Notes: generated from the letters alone by a model not told the origin. 61,640 bases of DNA, filler included, from Fonticula-like sp. SCN 57-25 (GCA_001724245.1; 11 parts of 11 records of this genome joined end to end with filler, not necessarily neighbours in it), one strand, 5' to 3'. Counted from the whole stretch's first letter, positions 1 to 12,948 are shown. Translations and numbers: made by a program.

Positions 1-9
1 CCCTCTCAG

Positions 10-644
10 CCTTCAAGATGGCCGACAATGTCCTCTACGAAGGCGTCCGCGGCGTCACCGACCTCATCGTCAACCCCGGCCTCGTCAACCTCGACTTTGC
101 CGACGTCAAGGCCGTCATGTCCAACGCCGGCCGCGCCCTCATGGGCACCGGCGAGGCCGAAGGCGCCGACCGCGCCAAGCAGGCCGTCCTGCACGCCCTC
201 GAAAACCCCCTGCTCGAGCACGTGGCCATCCACGACGCCAAGGGCTGCCTCGTCAACATCCAGGGCGGCTCTGACCTGACGCTCTACGAGGTCGACGAGA
301 TCACGAGCTGCATCCGCGATCAGGTGCACCCAGATGCCAACCTGATCTTTGGCTCGACCTTTGACGAGAGCTTGAGGGACCGCGTGCGCGTGTCCGTTGT
401 GGTCACGGGGCTCGCAAAGCAGCAGCAGAGGCGCGAAAAGGTGGTGCTGCGCGAGTCGACGCCGTCGCGGATCGCATCGCTGGGGGCGGACAAGGAGAAT
501 GGGGGCGGGCAGAAGGGGGGGGTGGAGAGTACGTGGAGGAGGCCGACGGGGAGTGTGTATAGTGCGGCGAATAGCGAGGAGGCGCAGGAGGGGGGGGAGT
601 CGGCAATGACAAAGGCGAAAAAGGCGTTCTGGAAGCACTGGTAA
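10..644 (+). CDS. ftsZ: FtsZ, 3' exon only; long-tailed mitochondrial FtsZ1-type paralogue
   Basis: Contains FtsZ motifs [15 protein letters not shown] (T7 loop), ALENPLLE and [23 protein letters not shown], followed by a ~75-aa tail ending KAFWKHW*. Window begins at a probable splice acceptor (ccctctcag|, 1-9); the 5' part is outside the window. Confidence 0.93.
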
Positions 645-669
645 GGAGCAGGAAAGGTTCTTTTTAGTG

Positions 670-770
670 TCTTTTTCATTTTCATGAACATTTTCATGTC
701 TTTTTCATGACATTTTCATGACATTTTCATGTCTTTTTCATGAACTTTTCATGTATTTTCATGACGTTTT
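670..770. repeat. Degenerate tandem repeat, ~11-12 bp unit built on TTTTCATG
   Basis: About 8 successive ttttcatg-containing units read directly downstream of the ftsZ stop codon. Confidence 0.85.
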
Positions 771-1215
771 GCCTTGTTTTGTGGCGTTGATTTCCCGTTT
801 GTGCTCAAAAGTGTTTCGTTTTTGCCGAAAAGATCGGAGAGAATGCCCCGTTATTCGTGTACGTATCCCCGATCAATAATAGATCCCACTCTGAAATTCC
901 ATCCACATGGCCATGCACTTGATATGGTTCCCATATGTGACTGTTTGCCACATGGTACCAGTCCATACCGTACTATACAGTATGGACATATGGTAAATTT
1001 TCACTAGATTGATTGGGAATCCATTATGAATCAATAGGAAAAGAGAGAATTCGCTCTCAATACAAATGATTAACCTAATTAAAAAAACACAAAAATCGAT
1101 TAAAAGTCAAAAGGGAAAAATCCGCTTTTCGGCCTCGCTTTCAAAGCACGCATGGCCGGCATCGTGGAATAGTGCAACATGATTGATAAACAAGGGAAAA
1201 AGTGGCCGAAAGGGG

Positions 1216-4200
1216 CTACAGTTGAGGGTCGTCGTAGGAGGAAAGCACGCGGTACTTTTTGGAAGGGACGTACGTGGCCACGGGCTTCAAGATCTTGCCG
1301 CCTTCGGTGGGGCGCTGGAAGAGGAGCATCTCGGTGGCGAGGTGCGAGTCCATGGGGGAGAACACATTGCGCGTGCTGTTGAAAGGAAGGGGTTAGAAAA
1401 TGGTTATGGGTGAAAAATGGGCGAAAAAAGGGTTGAAAATGAAGCAAAAATGAAGCAAAATGAACAAAAATGGTCCAAAATGAACAAAAATGGTAAAAAA
1501 ATAAAGCAAAAAAATATGAACAAAAAAAAAGCCCAAAACATGCCAAAACAAACCAAAAGCAAACCAAAACCACACCAAAAAACAAACTAACCAAATTATT
1601 CCCCAAAAAATAACGTACAATATGGCAAAAAAGTCGGGCAATAACGCCGCCACGACCGCGACGAGCATCATAAAGTAGAACGACGGCGCCGACGACACCA
1701 CCTGCGGCACCCCAATATACGTATCATAGATCGCAAACAAGATCCACGTGGCAATAAAAAACACAATATAGCTCAGCCAGAACGTAAAGTGCATCGGCCA
1801 CTGGAACGAATACACGAGCATTGCCCACCTAAATATAACCACCGAAATGACAATAATCGCCGTGACATCGGTAAACGCCCAGTACCCAAACGAGCGTCCG
1901 TCGGGCGACACGACATCTTCGCCGAGCCAGAAATAAATCATTGTGAACAGCAGCGCGCCCTGGTACAGCGACGACACTGCCCAGCCGACGGTGCGTTTCG
2001 GGTTCCAGTACCGCCCGCGCTGCACTTCGCGGTACAGCTCGGGTATTTCGTCGATGGCGACCTCGTCAACGTCGCGCTCAAAGATGGAAATCGCGAGCGG
2101 CGGCAGCGACAAAAACACAAGATTGTAGCCCGCGAGGATCAGTTCTTGATAGGCAGGCTGCGCCGACCAGCCCGAGATGAAGCCGTACCAAAACTGGAGG
2201 CCAATCATGGTGATGTTTTTGTAGAACGAGTAGTAGATCAGGTTGGCCATGCGGATGTACGAGTAGCGGCCGTGGAAGGCGATGAGGCGCTTGAGCGCGC
2301 GGAATTCCTTAAAGGCAAAGTCGGACGCGCGCACGGCCTGCGTGCCTTCAAGGCCGATGATGCCGACGCCAACGTGCGCGGTCTGGATCATGCTGACGTC
2401 ATTGGCGCCGTCGCCGATCGCGAGGCAGACGCGGCGGCCGCGCTTGCGCACGAGGCGCACGACCTGCGATTTCTGAAGGGGGGTGACGCGGCAGCAGATG
2501 ACGGAAATGCACATCTCGCCGAGGCGGAAGAACTTTTCGGGAAAGTGCTCGAGCGCGTGCACGAGCGAGGCGCCGGTGATGATGAGCGCGTTGCTTTCGA
2601 CGTCGCCGGCGGCGAGGCGCGTCAGTTCAATCGCGCCGTGCTTGTCCTTTGGCGACGTTTTCAGGCGCGACTCGGCTTCTTCGAGGCAGCGGTCAAGCGC
2701 CTGCTCGCACTGCACGAGCGTCTCGGCGTTGACGACCATCTGCGTCATGCGGTCGTCAAGCAGCTTGGTCGACAGGCCAATCGAAATCGCCGTCTCGAGA
2801 CGGTCGCCAGTCAGCATCCACACGTGAATGCCGCAGCGCAGCAGGTACGCAATCGTGTCGGCAACGTCGTCCTGCAGCTCGTCTTCAACGGCGGTCGCGC
2901 CAAGAATAGTCATGTCCTTTTCAAACGCCTCGCACGCCTCGGCGATGCGGTCGTCGCGGTCGACCAGCGCAGTTTCGGCCTCGCGCATGCTGTCCAAAAA
3001 GTAGGTCGCGTCGGCGTCCGAGACGGCGCGCTTGGCGGTCACGAGCGTGCGCAGGCCTTCGCGCGCGTAGCGCTCAACAACGGCCTCGAGGCTCTTGCGG
3101 TCGGGGCCGCTCGCAATGGTCGAGCGGTCAAGCACGACATTGTCGGCGCCCTTGCAGTACAAGACATACTCGCCAGTGTCCTTGGCGCGCATGAGCACAG
3201 ACATGCGCTTGCGCGTAGAGTTGAAGGGAAGCGTCTTTACAAGCTCAAAGTCCTTCATCTTTTCCCAGAACTCGACTTGAAGGCCATTGGAAGTGCGGCT
3301 CGTCAGGACAACGCCATTGTCCTTGAGGGCCGCGAGCAGCGCAGTCTCATCGGGCGAGTCGGCTTCATATACAATCGTGCCCTTGGCGGTGTCGTGCGAG
3401 GGGATGACAGTGTGGCACACAGAAAGCGCAGTGAAAAACTCGTGGAAGGCGAGGCCTTCGGCGTCGCTGCCTTGGGCCACGCGGCCGACGTCGCCGTTAC
3501 CGGTTTCTTCGCGCGTAAAGCCCGGAGGAATATACCAGCTGCGAAGGCGCATAATGTTCTTGGTGAGCGTGCCAGTCTTGTCGGAAAACACGTGACCGAT
3601 GCGGCCGAGATCTTCGTTCAAATTCGAGTTTTGCGGGCGCATGTTGACGCCGTCCGAGGAAATCATGCCATTGTCCCAGTACATAAAGATGGACTGGGCG
3701 AGGCGCGTGATTTCGAGCGACACAAAGAGCGAGATCGGGATCAGGTAGGTGAAGAGAATGTAGTAGGCGACGGCCTGGAGAAGAGCCACGTCGAGGGGCG
3801 AGGCGGGCCAGTCGAGGTAGAAAGCGTGCATGCCGACGTCGGCCTGGAACTTGCCAGAAAGGGCGACGCTGATGATCAGCACGACGAGGTTGAGGAAAAA
3901 GATCGAAAAGACGAGCAGGTTGAGGCGGCCTTCCAGAGAGGAAAACTTGAGCGACGCGCTCTTAAGGTTACTATTAAAAAGTATGTCAATTTCAGCCGCA
4001 AAAAAAAACAATGTGCGCACAGCATGATCTTGGTCTCGCGGCCGACGTAGAGGACAAAGCCATAGGCGTACTCGGTGTTGCGGAGCATGGAGCCGCGCAG
4101 GAGCAGCTGGTCAACGCTGAGCGGGTGCGCCGCGCCGCCAGTGTTCATGACGCCCTGGTAGCTGTAGAGGTTCGGCGTGTTGTTCTTGCTCACGATCGTG

Positions 4201-4998
4201 GCATCGAACACGGCGAGATCAGACTCTTCCATGAAAGAAGCGGTGGCCTTGATCGCCTGGCGGCGCTTCAGGTTGGTTTCGCTGAAAAAAAGGGAACAGT
4301 CAGCGGGCTGCGGAAAGTGCCGACAGAGAGAGCGCACCCGTCGAGTTCGGCCGTCGAGATGTAGGCAAGGCCGTCATCATGAGGTGTGCTGATGAGGATC
4401 AGATCGGCGGGGATCGACTGGTCCTTTTTTACGCGGATCTACATAAAAAAATAAGAAAAAACAAGCTCGTGCGTGTACAAGAGCGCACGATCATGCCGGG
4501 GCGGATTTCACTGCTGAGGATCGGCTTGAGCCCCTCCGGGCCGACGATCTCGTACTCCCTGCTGTTGGCCGCCTTGTCGGCGCGCCAGCGTTTCTAATTG
4601 CGCGATCGTCAGCGCAGTTCGGCTGAAAATGCAGCCAATTTGCGTACAATGTCTTCGTAGGCATCCTTGACAGCGGTCACACCGATCACGACGCAGAGCG
4701 GCAGGATCTGGGTGACCGGGCTGATGGGCGCGACGCCCAGGGGCACCGCCACGAGAATGGCGCTCAACAAAAAGTACAGATTGTAAAAGCGGCGGAACTG
4801 GCTGAACAAGTTCAGCGGGATGAACGTAAATGGAGTGTACTTTGTCGTCCGAATGTAGTTTGTCCGGTGCTTGTGGTGCGCCTCCGAGTAATGCTGCCCG
4901 CTTTCCTGGCCGGTGGCCGCGTGTCCCCTGAAATGCACGACATAGTCCTCGTCGGAGTCGACCTTTTTCCTGCCGAGGCAGGATCGCACTTTCTCCAT
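1216..4998 (-). CDS. P4-type ATPase (phospholipid flippase, DRS2/DNF/ATP8-like), multi-exon
   Basis: Motifs NYIRTTKYT, STAELDGETNLK, FSDKTGTLT (phospho-Asp), SPDE, WMLTGD, CCRVTPLQK, AIGDGANDVSMIQ. Several GT-AG introns; after splicing the last exon ends SSYDDPQL* at 1216. Confidence 0.95.
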
Positions 4999-5189
4999 AG
5001 AGCACGCCGCCTGCTCCCTTGTCTGCTTACCTCTCACCGCTTCTCGCTACTCGGCGCCGCGGGGAATAATCAGACGCCCTCGAGGCGACGCGATCGCGGG
5101 ATCGCTTTACTGCTGTAATTGACCGCGCACAATTCCCGGCAGCCGTTAGTCCGAAAAAGATCGGTATTTTCCTTTTTAGGACGGACCAG

Positions 5190-5256
5190 ATCCTCCCAAA
5201 TTCGGACGTACAATCGCCAAAATCGGAAGTGCAATCGCCAAAATCGGAGAGTTGCA
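5190..5256. repeat. 21-bp imperfect tandem repeat (CAATCGCCAAAATCGGA..), ~3 copies, in a divergent promoter
   Basis: Near-identical copies start at 5211 and 5232, with a degenerate copy at 5190. Confidence 0.75.
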
Positions 5257-5318
5257 CTGCGTCTTGAGGGGCAGTGCAAAGGGGAAGGGCGTCGAGTGAC
5301 GCGGGCTCTGCGCGGGTC

Positions 5319-5506
5319 ATGAAGGGTAGGCAGATGCCGGCGGCGGCGGGGAAGCAGGCCAAGGGGGTGGATGCGCCGGGCAAGTCTAAAGGGAAGGCGG
5401 CTGGTGCTGGTGAGGCTGTACCGAAGGCGAGGCCGGAGCGGCCTGTTTGGCTGAGCCTCATGCGGCCAAAGTTCTTTTTGGTGCTGGGCCTGTGGCTGAC
5501 GCTGTT
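5319..5506 (+). CDS. 5' end of a hypothetical membrane-anchored protein, truncated by the contig end
   Basis: MKGRQMPAAAGK...KFFLVLGLWLTL: a basic N-terminus followed by a hydrophobic stretch running into the linker. Confidence 0.4.
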
Positions 5507-5606
5507 NNNNNNNNNNNNNNNNNNNNNNNNNNNNNNNNNNNNNNNNNNNNTTAATTAATTAANNNNNNNNNNNNNNNNNNNNNNNNNNNNNNNNNNNNNN
5601 NNNNNN
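5507..5606. other. Artificial contig linker (44 N + TTAATTAATTAA + 44 N). Identical linkers at 11107-11206, 16705-16804, 22294-22393, 27877-27976, 33456-33555, 39028-39127, 44593-44692, 50158-50257, 55703-55802
   Basis: The same 100-nt structure with six-frame stop codons occurs ten times. Genes are truncated at the junctions, and complete contig lengths decrease steadily from 5500 to 5445. Confidence 0.99.
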
Positions 5607-6916
5607 TGCCTTTTCAAGCGATGCTTCAATATTCTTGACTTCTGCCTGCGCCTCGGCCAGTCGCTTGCGGACGCATGCGTGGGCAGGAAGGGCGGCTTGG
5701 GGCGCAAAAGATGATGCAATATGAGGAGCAGTTTGCCACATTTCCATGTGACCATCATTCAGACCAACTGCAATGTTGCCAGACGCAGCATGATACGACA
5801 ATGAAAACACCTGCATAGCAAAATGGGTGAGCGATATAAATAGACAAGTGAATGACACACATTTCCACCACATTCGTAGTTTGCAGTTTGCACTCCATCA
5901 GAAGTGCGCCAAATACGGAGTGATTTATCCCATGACCCAGTGACCACGTGCGACTCGTCACCGAGAAAGGCGCCGCCATAGACATGACTGGTGTGCCCCT
6001 TGAGTGTCACATGAGGAGCTGATGGCCACGTGGTACCAGTTGGAACATTCCAGATGGAAGCAGTCTCGTCCACACTTGTCGCCAATAGCATGCGGCCCGA
6101 GGGACTGAAGCAGAGTGATGTGATCTAGTATAGTACCGATTAGTAATGAGAATAATACAAAATGGTATCATACTCCATAAAAATGATGCTTGCTATGTGA
6201 TACTTGTGCCCACTGGCCATTGGTCAGTCCATATATGTACATGTGACCATCACCACATCCCGCGGCCAACAGATTCCCGTCGGGCGAAAAGGCTAGACGA
6301 TGCACCTGACACTTTCGTGTGAGCAACAGCAAGGATTCATTCAATAACGCACATAATTAGACAATCCAGTCAATGTTTGAGCAATTGAATAGTTGTTTAA
6401 TGAATCCAAGAGTGTCACTGCTTGATCTTGTCCACCGACGGCAAGGATCCCACTGCCACTGGGACTGAACGCGCATCTAAACAACTAGGCACGGTATGAG
6501 CAAAGAAAGAGCACACATAATGCGTACACCCTTGTTGATCGTGTACACGGTCGAGTGCGCATTAATGTTTGTTACTTGGATGACATCGCCATTACGCGTT
6601 ACCCCGACAAGGCGCGTCCCGTCGGGCGACCACGCAACATCATTCACCTGACGCGATGGTCAGAACAAAAGAGAACAAATAAGCGCACACATAACTTCCA
6701 CACTGCACAGTGTACATCTCTGACGGCGAGGCGATGTCGGTAATGCAGAGCGAATCATCACTACTGCCAGTTGCCACCAATGTGCCGTCGGGGGAAATCG
6801 CACACCCATCGAACTGCAAACACAAACAGCATCAGATCAGCAGCCCATCAAGTCCGGCATCTTACCCGCGACGTGTGCGGTTTAAAAGTCGCCCTTTTCT
6901 CGAGCTGATTCGCCAT
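5607..6916 (-). CDS. WD40-repeat protein, copy 1 (3' truncated); paralogue of 7383-9490
   Basis: Spliced: MANQLEKRATFKPHTSR|..CAISPDGTLVATGSSD..|VNDVAWSPDGTRLVG..|LFRCAFSP..|VHRLAFSPDGNLLAAG..|..LKGHTSHVYGGAFLGDESHVVTGSWDKSLRIW. Intron positions match copy 2. Confidence 0.88.
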
Positions 6917-7382
6917 TGCGTCAGCGCCACTGCCTCCCCTTCTCCTTCACGTCCGACGCCAACCGCGGAAAGCTCGCCACCAAGACTCGCCCAGCAGCTG
7001 TCAGCATCATGATGCCGCTGAAGTCTATCACGTGATCAGTGATTGTCACCAACTGGTCACCAACAACTTGGCAACAAGACCACGCGGGTATCATGTTTGT
7101 GTATTCACCTTTTCATTTGTGCCTAGTATAATGATAATGTGCGTGTCTGTTGAGTGGCTGTGTGGCAGAGGGACCGACAAAGAAAGGGGCTTAGCGCTGA
7201 TTATTGAGATGTACAAGACACATCGAAAAAGATGCGTTTGGGCAAAACGTCAACATAAAATAAAAAGAAAGAAACGAACGACATTGAATAGAAAGAAAGC
7301 CATTGAATATAGAGAAAGAAAGTGAATGATAAGAAGCTAGAAAAAGAAAGAAAAGGAAAATAAGCAAGAGAAAGAAAACAAT

Positions 7383-9490
7383 CTAGATGGCATGTCCCTC
7401 AATAGTGTTCACACCGCTCCACTTTGACACCCACGTGGCCTTGTCGCCGTCAGTTTCGGCTCGCAGTTTACGTACAAATCCAATGAACTTTACTGCGTCA
7501 GATGCCTTGAGTGCTCCTTCACTCGCCTTGAGTACACGTGGCGGCAGTAGAGAGCATAGTGCGGCACCATGCCAACCAGCAAAGGCAAGACGAGAATAAG
7601 GAGCACCAAGTGACTCAATCCAGTTTGCAGTTTGCTCCACTGTCCATGATAGAACACTGTCACTCGGGGGTGTAAATGCGCTGTCATCACTCAGCTTGTA
7701 ATGTGCCATGTAAGCACGCAGTTGCAAAGCAGCGGCATCATCAAAGGTGACTTTATAATCCATGACGCTGTCCACGTGGAGCATCGTCAAGGTAGGGCCG
7801 TCAACATCATGCAGTGCAGTTTTCAGTTTGCCAAGACCAATGTCACATAGCCACTCGTTAAAGGCGTCCCCGCGGACATCCTCCAACCCAGAAACAGATA
7901 GACAGTCCGTCAAGCTGTCAAGTGTCTGCGTGCACTTATTGATGATACCAAGTAGCGATTCACGGAGCTCCACCAGCTGAATATATGCACGTGATTCTGT
8001 TGTATACTCGGCAGTTTGCAGTTGCTCAAGTTCTGTCTTCTCGCTCGTCACTAGACACACGTTATTATTATGCAAACATGAGAAAATGTGCGCACATTTG
8101 GCCTCGAGGTCGGCGATAGAGCGCTTCAGTTCCTGCTCACGTGACATCTGCTGACGTAATCCAACATCTGCCTTTTCAAGTGATGCTTCGACATCCTTCA
8201 CTTGTGCCTGTGCCTCTGCCAGTCGCTCGCGGACGCACGCGTGGGTGGGCGGCGCTGCTTTCGGGGCAGTAGAAATTTTTTTATAAGGATCAGTTTGAAA
8301 CAACTCAACTTGACCATCACGAAGACCAACAACAATGTTGCCAGACTCAGCGTGATACGACAATGACGTCACCTGCATAGCAAAATGGGTGAGCGATAAT
8401 AGTAACAAAGCATGACACACCTGTCCTACACAATATGGGTAGATTGCAGTTTGCACGCCATCAGAGGTGCGCCAAATGCGGAGGGAGTTATCAGGTGACC
8501 CAGTGATCACGTGCGACTCGTCGCCCAGAAAGGCACCGCCATTGACACCTTCTGTGTGTCCCTTGAGCATCACGAGAGAAGTTGGGCATGTGGCTCCAGA
8601 TGAAATTTTCCAGATGTAAGCAATTTTGTCACTGCTTGTGGCTAATAGCATGCGGCCTGAGGGGCTGAAGCAGAGTGAATTGATCTAGTATAGTACCGAT
8701 TAGTAATGCGAATAATACAAAATGTAATAGTATCATACGTGATTAGAATGATGATACTTGTTATCACATACTTGCGCCCACTTGCCATTGGTCAGTCCAT
8801 ATATATACATTTGGCCACCGCATCCCGCGGCAAGAAAATTTCCGTCGGGGGAAAAGGCAAGACATTGCATCTGCATGAACTATTGTGAACAACAGCAAAT
8901 AATCACATTGTCAACGCACAGAATTAGCCAATCCAGTAAATGATTGAATAACTGAATAGTTATTGGATGCATCCAAGAGTGTGATTTCCTTTTTATCTCC
9001 ACCGACGGCAACGATGCCGCGAGAGCTGAACGCGTATCCATACAACTAATCAAGAATGAGCAAAGAAAGCGCCGCAAACATGATGCGTACACACTTGTTA
9101 ATCTTGTACACGGTCGAGTGCGCGTTGTTGTTTGTGACTTGGATGACACTGCCACTATTTGTCACGGCGACAAGACGCGTCCCGTCGGGCGACCAAGCGA
9201 TATCATTCACCTTGATGTAGTGTCAGAGAAAGAAGGTCAAATGGGCGTTGGGCACGCACAATATTATATTTATCACACTTCACAGTGTACACTTTAGCCT
9301 GCGTGGCAATATTGGTAATGCAGAGTAAATTGTCATTACTGCCAGTTGCCACCAAAGTGCCGTCGGGGGAAATCGCACACCGCAACACCTGCAAACACAA
9401 GCAGCATCAGTCCCAGCACATCACAGAGAAGCAGCGCACCCACTCCGTGTGCGGCTTAATAGTCGCCTTTTTCTTTAGCTGATTCGCCAT
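7383..9490 (-). CDS. WD40 beta-propeller + coiled coil + two SAM-like domains, copy 2 (complete)
   Basis: About 7 WD-like repeats after splicing, then a heptad region (RERLAEAQAQVKDVEASLEK..). Two SAM-like segments follow: FNEWLCDIGLGKLKTALHDVDGPTLTML and LSWTVEQTANWIESLG..WHGAALCSL. Confidence 0.82.
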
Positions 9491-9842
9491 TGTGCGAGCA
9501 CACTCTCCTTTTCCTTCACGTACGATCGCCACGGAAAAAACTGTGTGGCAGGCAGCAGGCAGACAGCAGTCGGACACAGCGCGCTGCAAAGTCTGTCACG
9601 TGAACGTGATTGGTCAATCCTTTCTCGTCCCTGATTGGTCAATTTTTCAATGAATCACTCCTTATGAAGGGAAAATCAATCATTGCGACTACTTTCCGAC
9701 ATGATCACCGCATGAAACAACCACATTTACTTGTGATACTTGCAATGACACTCTTAATATTCTCTTTCTGTACTACTATACCCACTATTCCCTCACTCCC
9801 CCCCCTTCTTCTCAAGATCATTCACTTTGCACAACTTTATTC

Positions 9843-11106
9843 TCAGTTGAGCAGATCTCCCACCTGCATCGGCATCTCATCAATCTGCGTCGAATAATAC
9901 TGCTCAATATCCCTCAACGCGCTCACATCCTCACTCCTCACAAAGTTGATCGCGACGCCCTTCCTCCCAAACCGCCCTGATCTTCCGATCCTGTGCAGGT
10001 ACAACTCCCTATTGGTGGGCAAGTCATAGTTGATGACGAGGCTCACCTGCTGCACGTCTATCCCCCTCGCCCACACGTCCGTCGTGATGAGCACGCGGCT
10101 CGTCCCCTGACGGAACTGGCCCATGATTACGTCACGTTCTTTCTGTGGCATTTCGCCGTGCATGGCCGCGACGGTAAAGTTGGCTTCGCGCATCTTTTCA
10201 GTGAGCCAGTCAACCTTTTTGCGAGTGTTGCAAAAGATCACCGCCTGCGTGATCGTCAGCGTGTCATACAAGTCACAGAGCGTGTCAAACTTCCACTCTT
10301 CGCGCTCGACGGCAACGAAAAACTGCTTGATGCCTTCAAGCGTCAGCTCGTCGCGCTTCACCAAGATCCGGATCGGATCGCTCATAAACTTTGAGGTAAT
10401 GTCAAGACACTCGCCGGGCAAGGTGGCGCTCACAAGAACAACCTGGCACGGAGGTAGGTGGCGGTACACTTCATAGATTTGCTCCTTGAAGCCGCGGCTA
10501 AGCATCTCGTCGGCTTCGTCAAGGATCAGCAGCGAGATCTGGCGAGTGCGAAGGGACTTGCGCTTGATCATGTCCGTGACGCGGCCGGGGGTGCCGCTGA
10601 CAACGTGCTGGCCGTACTCGAGCTTCTTGGTGTCTTCGGAGAGGGAGGTGCCGCCAATGCAGGCGTGGCACTGCACGCTCATGTAGTCGCCAAGGGCAAG
10701 CACCACTTTTTGGATCTGCTGCGCAAGTTCACTGGAGAATAGGATTAGAATGAGGGAAGAGAAAGAGAGAAAATCGCAGGTGGAGAAAGGAAAAGTCGCA
10801 TGCGGGAAAGAGAGGAAAATAGCCAAAAACTTGCCAAAAACACGGAAAACATCAAGGGGAATCGCATGCGCGTCATGATCACAGACATCCCCATTGATGC
10901 TGACAATCCCCGATGTGCATGCCGCTCATGCCGCTCATGACATCATTTCATCTCTTTTCATCCCCAAAAATGACCATTACCACATCTTCCACATTGATTC
11001 CCACATGCCGCATTGCGTACCGCGTGGGGGAGAGGACGAGCACCTGCGTCTCGCGGACATTGGTGTCGAGCATCTGCAGGGCAGTGATGCCGATCGTGGC
11101 CGTCTT
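9843..11106 (-). CDS. EIF4A3: DEAD-box helicase eIF4A-III (FAL1/DDX48), 5' truncated
   Basis: [36 protein letters not shown], plus eIF4A-III-specific [18 protein letters not shown] and TDVWARG. Confidence 0.95.
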
Positions 11107-11206
11107 NNNNNNNNNNNNNNNNNNNNNNNNNNNNNNNNNNNNNNNNNNNNTTAATTAATTAANNNNNNNNNNNNNNNNNNNNNNNNNNNNNNNNNNNNNN
11201 NNNNNN

Positions 11207-12091
11207 CTGAGCCAGTTTGTTATTCACCGCGGCCTTATTATTTCCTTCCTTCAGGCCGTCTTTTCCGCCATTTTTTTCTTTTCACCCATCGCTCTTTACC
11301 AAGTATGGTAATTATTTCCTTATTTGGCAATACTAACCATATATGTCCATAGGGGTTTCTATTGGTTGGCTACACGACCATTTACACGATGGCGCCCGTC
11401 TTTTCGCTCGTGCTCGATCATGATGTCAGCGATCATATTGCGCTAATGTACCCGGAGCTGTATAGGGACTTGCAAAAGGTGCGCAGTTTGCATTGGTGAC
11501 GTCATTGCTTACGTTGTGTAGGGTCGAATTATGTCGGTCAAGACGCTCTTTGTCTGGATGCTCATCAGCGTCTACCAGGGTACGAAAATTCACTTTGGGT
11601 CATTTATTGCCTATTTTGGATTCAAATGTCCTTTTTTGGTATATAAATTTCCTTTTTTATTGCTTTTACATATTTTTATTTCCTTTTATGGCCTATACTA
11701 ACTTGTCTTAGCTGGCGTGATCATGCTGCTGAGCCTATGGCTGTTTGGCGATCAGTTCCAGCACATTGTGGCGGTCTCCTTCACGGCCCTCATCATTAAT
11801 GAGCTGCTCATGGTCGCCTACGAAATCCACACGTGGCACATCATCATGATTTACGCCGAAGCAGTCACGCTCGCCATCTACATCGCGTCGATGCTGATGC
11901 TGCCAACCTATTTTGGTGCGAGATCGCATGCGATTTTTGTCTTTCTAATGCCCGCAGACATGCACTTTTTGGCCTCGTGGTCGTTCGTGGGCAAGGTCAT
12001 ACTGCTGCCGCTCGCGAGCTGCGCGCCACTGTTCGACTACCGCTATATTTCGCACCGGTTTAGCCCGCCAAGTCATACCAAGCTGCGCTGA
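11207..12091 (+). CDS. NEO1: P4-ATPase NEO1/ATP9 family, C-terminal exons
   Basis: Spliced: [84 protein letters not shown]. Confidence 0.9.
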
Positions 12092-12108
12092 TCGGGTTTA
12101 TTAAAGTC

Positions 12109-12163
12109 AAAAATCAGGCAAAAATCAGGCAAAAATCAGGCAAAAATCAGGTGAAAATCAGTT
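12109..12163. repeat. 11-bp tandem repeat AAAAATCAGGC, ~4-5 copies
   Basis: Read directly just 3' of the NEO1 stop codon. Confidence 0.9.
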
Positions 12164-12948
12164 CTCAATCACGTCATATTATCCGATTACTCGGCTCAGA
12201 TTCCGATGAGGGGTGGGAAGTGCACAAAAGGCAACGAAAAAGAACAAAACGTTTTGCACGAATCCTGGCCAATCCGGTGCTGTACATATGTTTTTTGGAA
12301 TGGTTCTTTTGCATACTTTGGTCGCGTTAATAATAGAATGTTCCTTTTCGATCGTTCCAGTCCCACGATGTTGCACCCCCGTCGGAGCCAGCTTATAAAT
12401 AGCAAAACCAAGCAAAACGGCATATTGGCGCGTCCACCATCGATGGGGCTTTCGGTACACCTTTGCCACGTGGTGGGCCGTCTGCCGCCCTTCCGATGAC
12501 CCCCAAAACACCGATTTTACATGTCTTTTGCCGCGATTTACCTCCCTTTCGCCCCCGTCCCCATTTTCCCACCCCTTCCCCGCCCGATTTACCGAGACCG
12601 CCGCCGTTCTCCATACCTCAAATCTGATTGGCCATTATTTTTGTAATTTTCACGCAGACCACCCGCCATCGCTCCAATCATCACTCCCCCCATTACTGGC
12701 TCGACCAATCAGATGCGTATTTCTATTTAAGGCACTCTTTTTTCCCAGACGTCGTTTTTTCCCTTTTGGCGACGGCCGCGGCGCTTTCCTTTTGCCCCTC
12801 TCGGTTCTGCCGCCGGGTTTGCACGCCGTTTTTTCGGATCGCGCTCGCTTGGCTGTCTTGGTCAACGCGTGTGCTGCTTCCGCGAGCGTCGACCCTTTTA
12901 TTTGTCTTTCGTTCCCTGTTTTTGCAAGGGCCTTTGCATTCGTTCTTG

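Noticed and set aside
1789-4050. 753-aa plus-strand ORF, and similar long antisense ORFs at 24925-26430, 16828-17958 and 52825-53901
   Set aside because: These are shadows of GC-rich real genes on the opposite strand, with no independent motifs.
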